Part shown: piece by piece, positions 61,017 through 64,000 of the stretch | How positions within the stretch are numbered: the stretch's first letter is position 1 | Layout: each line of letters begins with the position of its first letter | DNA from: Cyanophora paradoxa CCMP329 | Lineage: Eukaryota; Plantae; Glaucophyta | Reading direction: 5' to 3' | NCBI GenBank assembly: GCA_004431415.1 | Contig: QPMI01000141.1 | Span: forward strand, 62,001 to 126,000 | Length of the DNA stretch: 64,000 bases | The notes under the pieces: model-generated | Databases searched by the model: none | Seen by the model: the letters and a program-made list of their open reading frames with translations, nothing else | What the model was told of the DNA's origin: nothing | Position numbers and translations under genes: made by a program

Positions 61017-61942
61017 ATGGATGACGGCACGGCCAGCGAGGCCCCGTCGGTTGCCATGAGCGCCTTCGCCGGGACAAGTATAGGACGGCAGCTGAACGCG
61101 ATCTACGGCGGCAAGCGGAGCATGAACATAGCGGCGCCGAAGCTGCCCCCGTCTTCCATTAAACCAAGGGAGCCCAGCCCGCCGTCGGCGCCCCAGCGGC
61201 CAGCGCACCTCACCGCGGCCGAGGTCCGCCGCGCCCCCGCCCCCGCGCCCCCGCCGCCGCACTAAGGCGGAGCGCTAACGCTCGCGCAGCAAATCGATTA
61301 CCCGATCCCGGGTCAGTTCAGCAGGAGGCCAAACTACCCGTCGTACTGGAGGCCGGGCAAGAAGCCGGCGGCTGCGATCCAGGCCGAGAACCCGCCCGAC
61401 GCACCGTACGTGCCCGGCGCGCGGTCCAACAGTGCGTCTCCGCGACCCCCGCGCGCGTGCGCCGCCCCGTGCCGACCGCCGCGGCCCGCAGAGAACTTCA
61501 AGGACAGGACGAAGGAGAAGGAGCGCCTGCAGCGCATCTTCGAGGCGCGCCGCCCGCTCCCCTCGCCGCCACCCGCAGCCGCTCACCGCCTTCCTCCGCG
61601 CAGAACAACGGCAAGGACCCGCACGCGCTGCTGGGGGCCGTGCAGGTGCCGGCGGAGGGCGAGGGCGAGGAGGAGGAGGCGGGGGAGGAAAACGAGTTCG
61701 ACATGCTGGTGCGGGAGATCGACGAGCGCAAGGCCTTCCTCGACGAGATGGAGCAGCTCGGCGCCCGCCCCAAGTACGAGGCCCAGATCCGCGGCGAGAT
61801 CGCCCAGGTCCCCCTCTCCTCCCCCGCCCCCCGCCCTCTTCTGGGCCGGAGCTGACGGCGCCGCCCGCAGCGGCTCGCGCGGATGCGGCAGATCGAGCGG
61901 CAGCGGGGGGCGCGGCCCGCCGCCCAGCCGCCCTCCGGATGA
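61017..61942 (+). CDS. UPF0193 / EVG1 (C22orf23)-like protein
   Basis: KEKERLQRIF...FDMLVREIDERKAFLDEMEQLG...YEAQIRGEIAQRLARM matches the UPF0193 C-terminal pattern. Confidence 0.7.
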
Positions 61943-62310
61943 GGGCCCGACCGGTTCCCTCCCTCTATCCCCCGGCCCTGTCGCCCAAACTGCTCTTTTT
62001 GCTCACTTCATACATCGACATCGCATATCAATCTTAAATCACTCGCAATCACTGAATTGCCGAAACTGCATCAAATAGTTACACATTCTACCTGATAACT
62101 CTTGAAACTCGAATGAACGTGCGGCGAGGCGGCAGCAGGGTGGGAGCCGCGGGCGGGAAGCTCTGAAGGGGAAGCAGGGTGTTTGGGGCCTCGGAGGCGG
62201 GGCGAGCCATCAAAGGGCGAGGAAGGGCAGGACGGGTCGTCGATGGCGCGGGAGGTGGGGGCAGAACGAAGGACAAGAGGAAAGGGTTCGGGGAGCACGA
62301 GATCTCGAGA

Positions 62311-63790
62311 TCAGGGGAGGACCAGCGGGGAGCGCAGCCGCGCCTGCAACGACCCCCGGGCGTAAGTAAGCGGGGCGAGCAGAGCGTAGCCGAGGAGGGA
62401 GGGGGGAGAGCAGGGGGGTACACGCCTGGACGAGGAGGAGGGTGGCGCCGGTGACGGCGGGGATGGCGAGGTTGTCGTCGCAGGGGGCCCACAGCTCCGC
62501 CGCCGTCGCCGCCAGCGCCCCCGCGAACGCGTAGTACTCCACCTGAGAGGGGTCAGCTGGGAGGAAGAAGCGAGAAGTAAGAAGGATAGGACGACGATCA
62601 AACGCACCAGGTGCATGTGCCTGAACGTCAGGAGCCTGCGAGGGGCACGCGTTGGTCGGCTGGCTCGGGGGCGGAGGGAGTGGCACCGCACCCCATGGCG
62701 AAGCAGACGGCGAAGCAGCCGAGGGAGCCCTCGAGGCTCTTCCCGTTGGCGATCTTCGTGCGCCCCATCGAGAGGCCCACGAGCGCCGCGCACAGGTCCC
62801 CGATCGTGAGGCAGAGCTGCGCGGGGGCTCGGCGCCGGCCCCGAGGGCGACGGGAAGCGCGGAGAAAGGGGTACCAGGCTGTAGATGCAGCCGATGGGCG
62901 GGCAGAAGTAGACGGTTAGGAAGCACCCGCAGAGGTCTGCGGGGGCCCGGCGGGTCGGCGCGCAGGGGGCAGCGCGATGGCGGGTGCGGCGCGCACAGTA
63001 CGAAGTGCCAGAGAGGCGCGTGCGCTCGTGCTGCGGGGCAGGCGGGTCAGATCCGTGCCGAAAGCGAGCGGCGGCGCGGCGCCGACGCGAACCGGCCGCA
63101 GCATGCCGCCGAGCACTTCGATGAACTTTTCATTGAAAGCGGGCACGAGCAGCCTGAAGCACTCCACTGAAAAGACTGTGTACACGCTCAGAGGACCGCG
63201 AACGCCTGGAGCGGGGGGGCAAGCTGACCGACGGCAAAGACGCTGCCAACGGTGATGGCGGCGGCGTGCTGCGTGAGCCAGCCGTTCTTGAGGCCGACGT
63301 AGTAGATGAACGGCACGAATACGCCCGACACGTGGAAGCTCTGTGCGCGCAGTGAGCGCGGCCGCTCGTCAAACAGTCGGACGCGGGAAGCGGACCTTCC
63401 TTCGGGTCTCGCGCAGGAACTGGGCGTGCGAAACAGTGAGCATGGGCGGGCAAGTGCGTAGCTAAGGGAGTGGGGCTCAACGCGAAACGTGCAAGGCTGA
63501 CTGACCTTCGCAACTCGTCTGATGCTCAACCCTAGCAGCTCTCGCCCGGTGCGCCGGGTCAAGGTGACCGAGCAGCACAACAAGAGAAGTCCCAAAACCA
63601 GCAGCCCGGCAAAGAGCCTGCACTGCGTTGGTCGAGGTGGGGCGAGGGAACCGCAGCGCCACGCACCCTAGCATCACGAGCGGGAAGAGCCGATTGCGCT
63701 GGTTTACGTACACAAGCTCAAGCTCACGCTTCTGGATCCGGACTCCACACGAAACTTGCCGCGTCTCACTTTCCGGGTACAAGTGTAAAG
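62311..63790 (-). CDS. CTP-dependent diacylglycerol kinase DGK1 / phytol-dolichol kinase family membrane protein (5' end unresolved)
   Basis: ETRRKSFHVSG, ECFRL..PAFN, GGMLRPSE, GDLCAALVG, GKSLEGSLGCF, DDNLAIP. Confidence 0.85.
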
Positions 63791-64000
63791 AACAGGGGGG
63801 ATGTAGCGGAGCCTTCGTACGCGTCCCACGCGCGCGCGCGGCGCTGGCTCGGGCCTTGCAATATTAATTGGTCTCGAGCAAGCGGGGCCGGGCGCGGCGG
63901 GTTCTTGATTCGACTTGATTCAAGGTATGCAGGGAAGCTCAGGTCTTTCCGTCGACTTTTGCTTGTCAGGCGTAGTGCCTCTCCTGCCCTCCGCTATACG

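Noticed and set aside
1-64000. tRNA, rRNA, snRNA genes or transposase/reverse-transcriptase ORFs
   Set aside because: None recognisable by eye; covariance-model and HMM searches would be needed to exclude them

Overview
Gene-dense, very GC-rich eukaryotic nuclear DNA with many short spliceosomal introns, so the raw ORF track is mostly misleading; the genes below were reassembled by hand across GT-AG and frequent GC-AG introns. A plastid thioredoxin-y with an 'MAF...' transit peptide and a cyanobacterial-like folC point to an alga with a primary plastid, most plausibly a glaucophyte (inference). Recognisable genes in order: HMG-box protein, Sgf11-like zinc finger, PAC1/PSMG1, an F-box-like/LRR protein, a mitochondrial carrier with C-terminal EF-hands, prokaryote-type dCTP deaminase, PP2A B55, SMYD-type SET protein, ISY1, an IPT/TIG protein, KNL1/Spc105, DsbA/FrnE, EBP1/PA2G4, folC, Trx-y, F-box/LRR, ADAT1, LSm5, a kinesin, UPF0193/EVG1 and a DGK1/phytol-kinase-like gene. 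The standout observation is LSm5 intron 3, which looks like an AT-AC minor (U12-type) intron whose 5' splice site is split by an ordinary GT-AG intron. Removing 55052-55116 rebuilds ATA|TCCTTTT, and only the second AT-AC excision restores the conserved YVN-MVIED motif, i.e. a major-inside-minor spliceosomal twin intron. Intergenic DNA is packed with overlapping short palindromes, and two local duplications show palindrome-creating micro-indels between copies. Several apparent frameshifts sit in G/C homopolymers and are probably sequencing errors.
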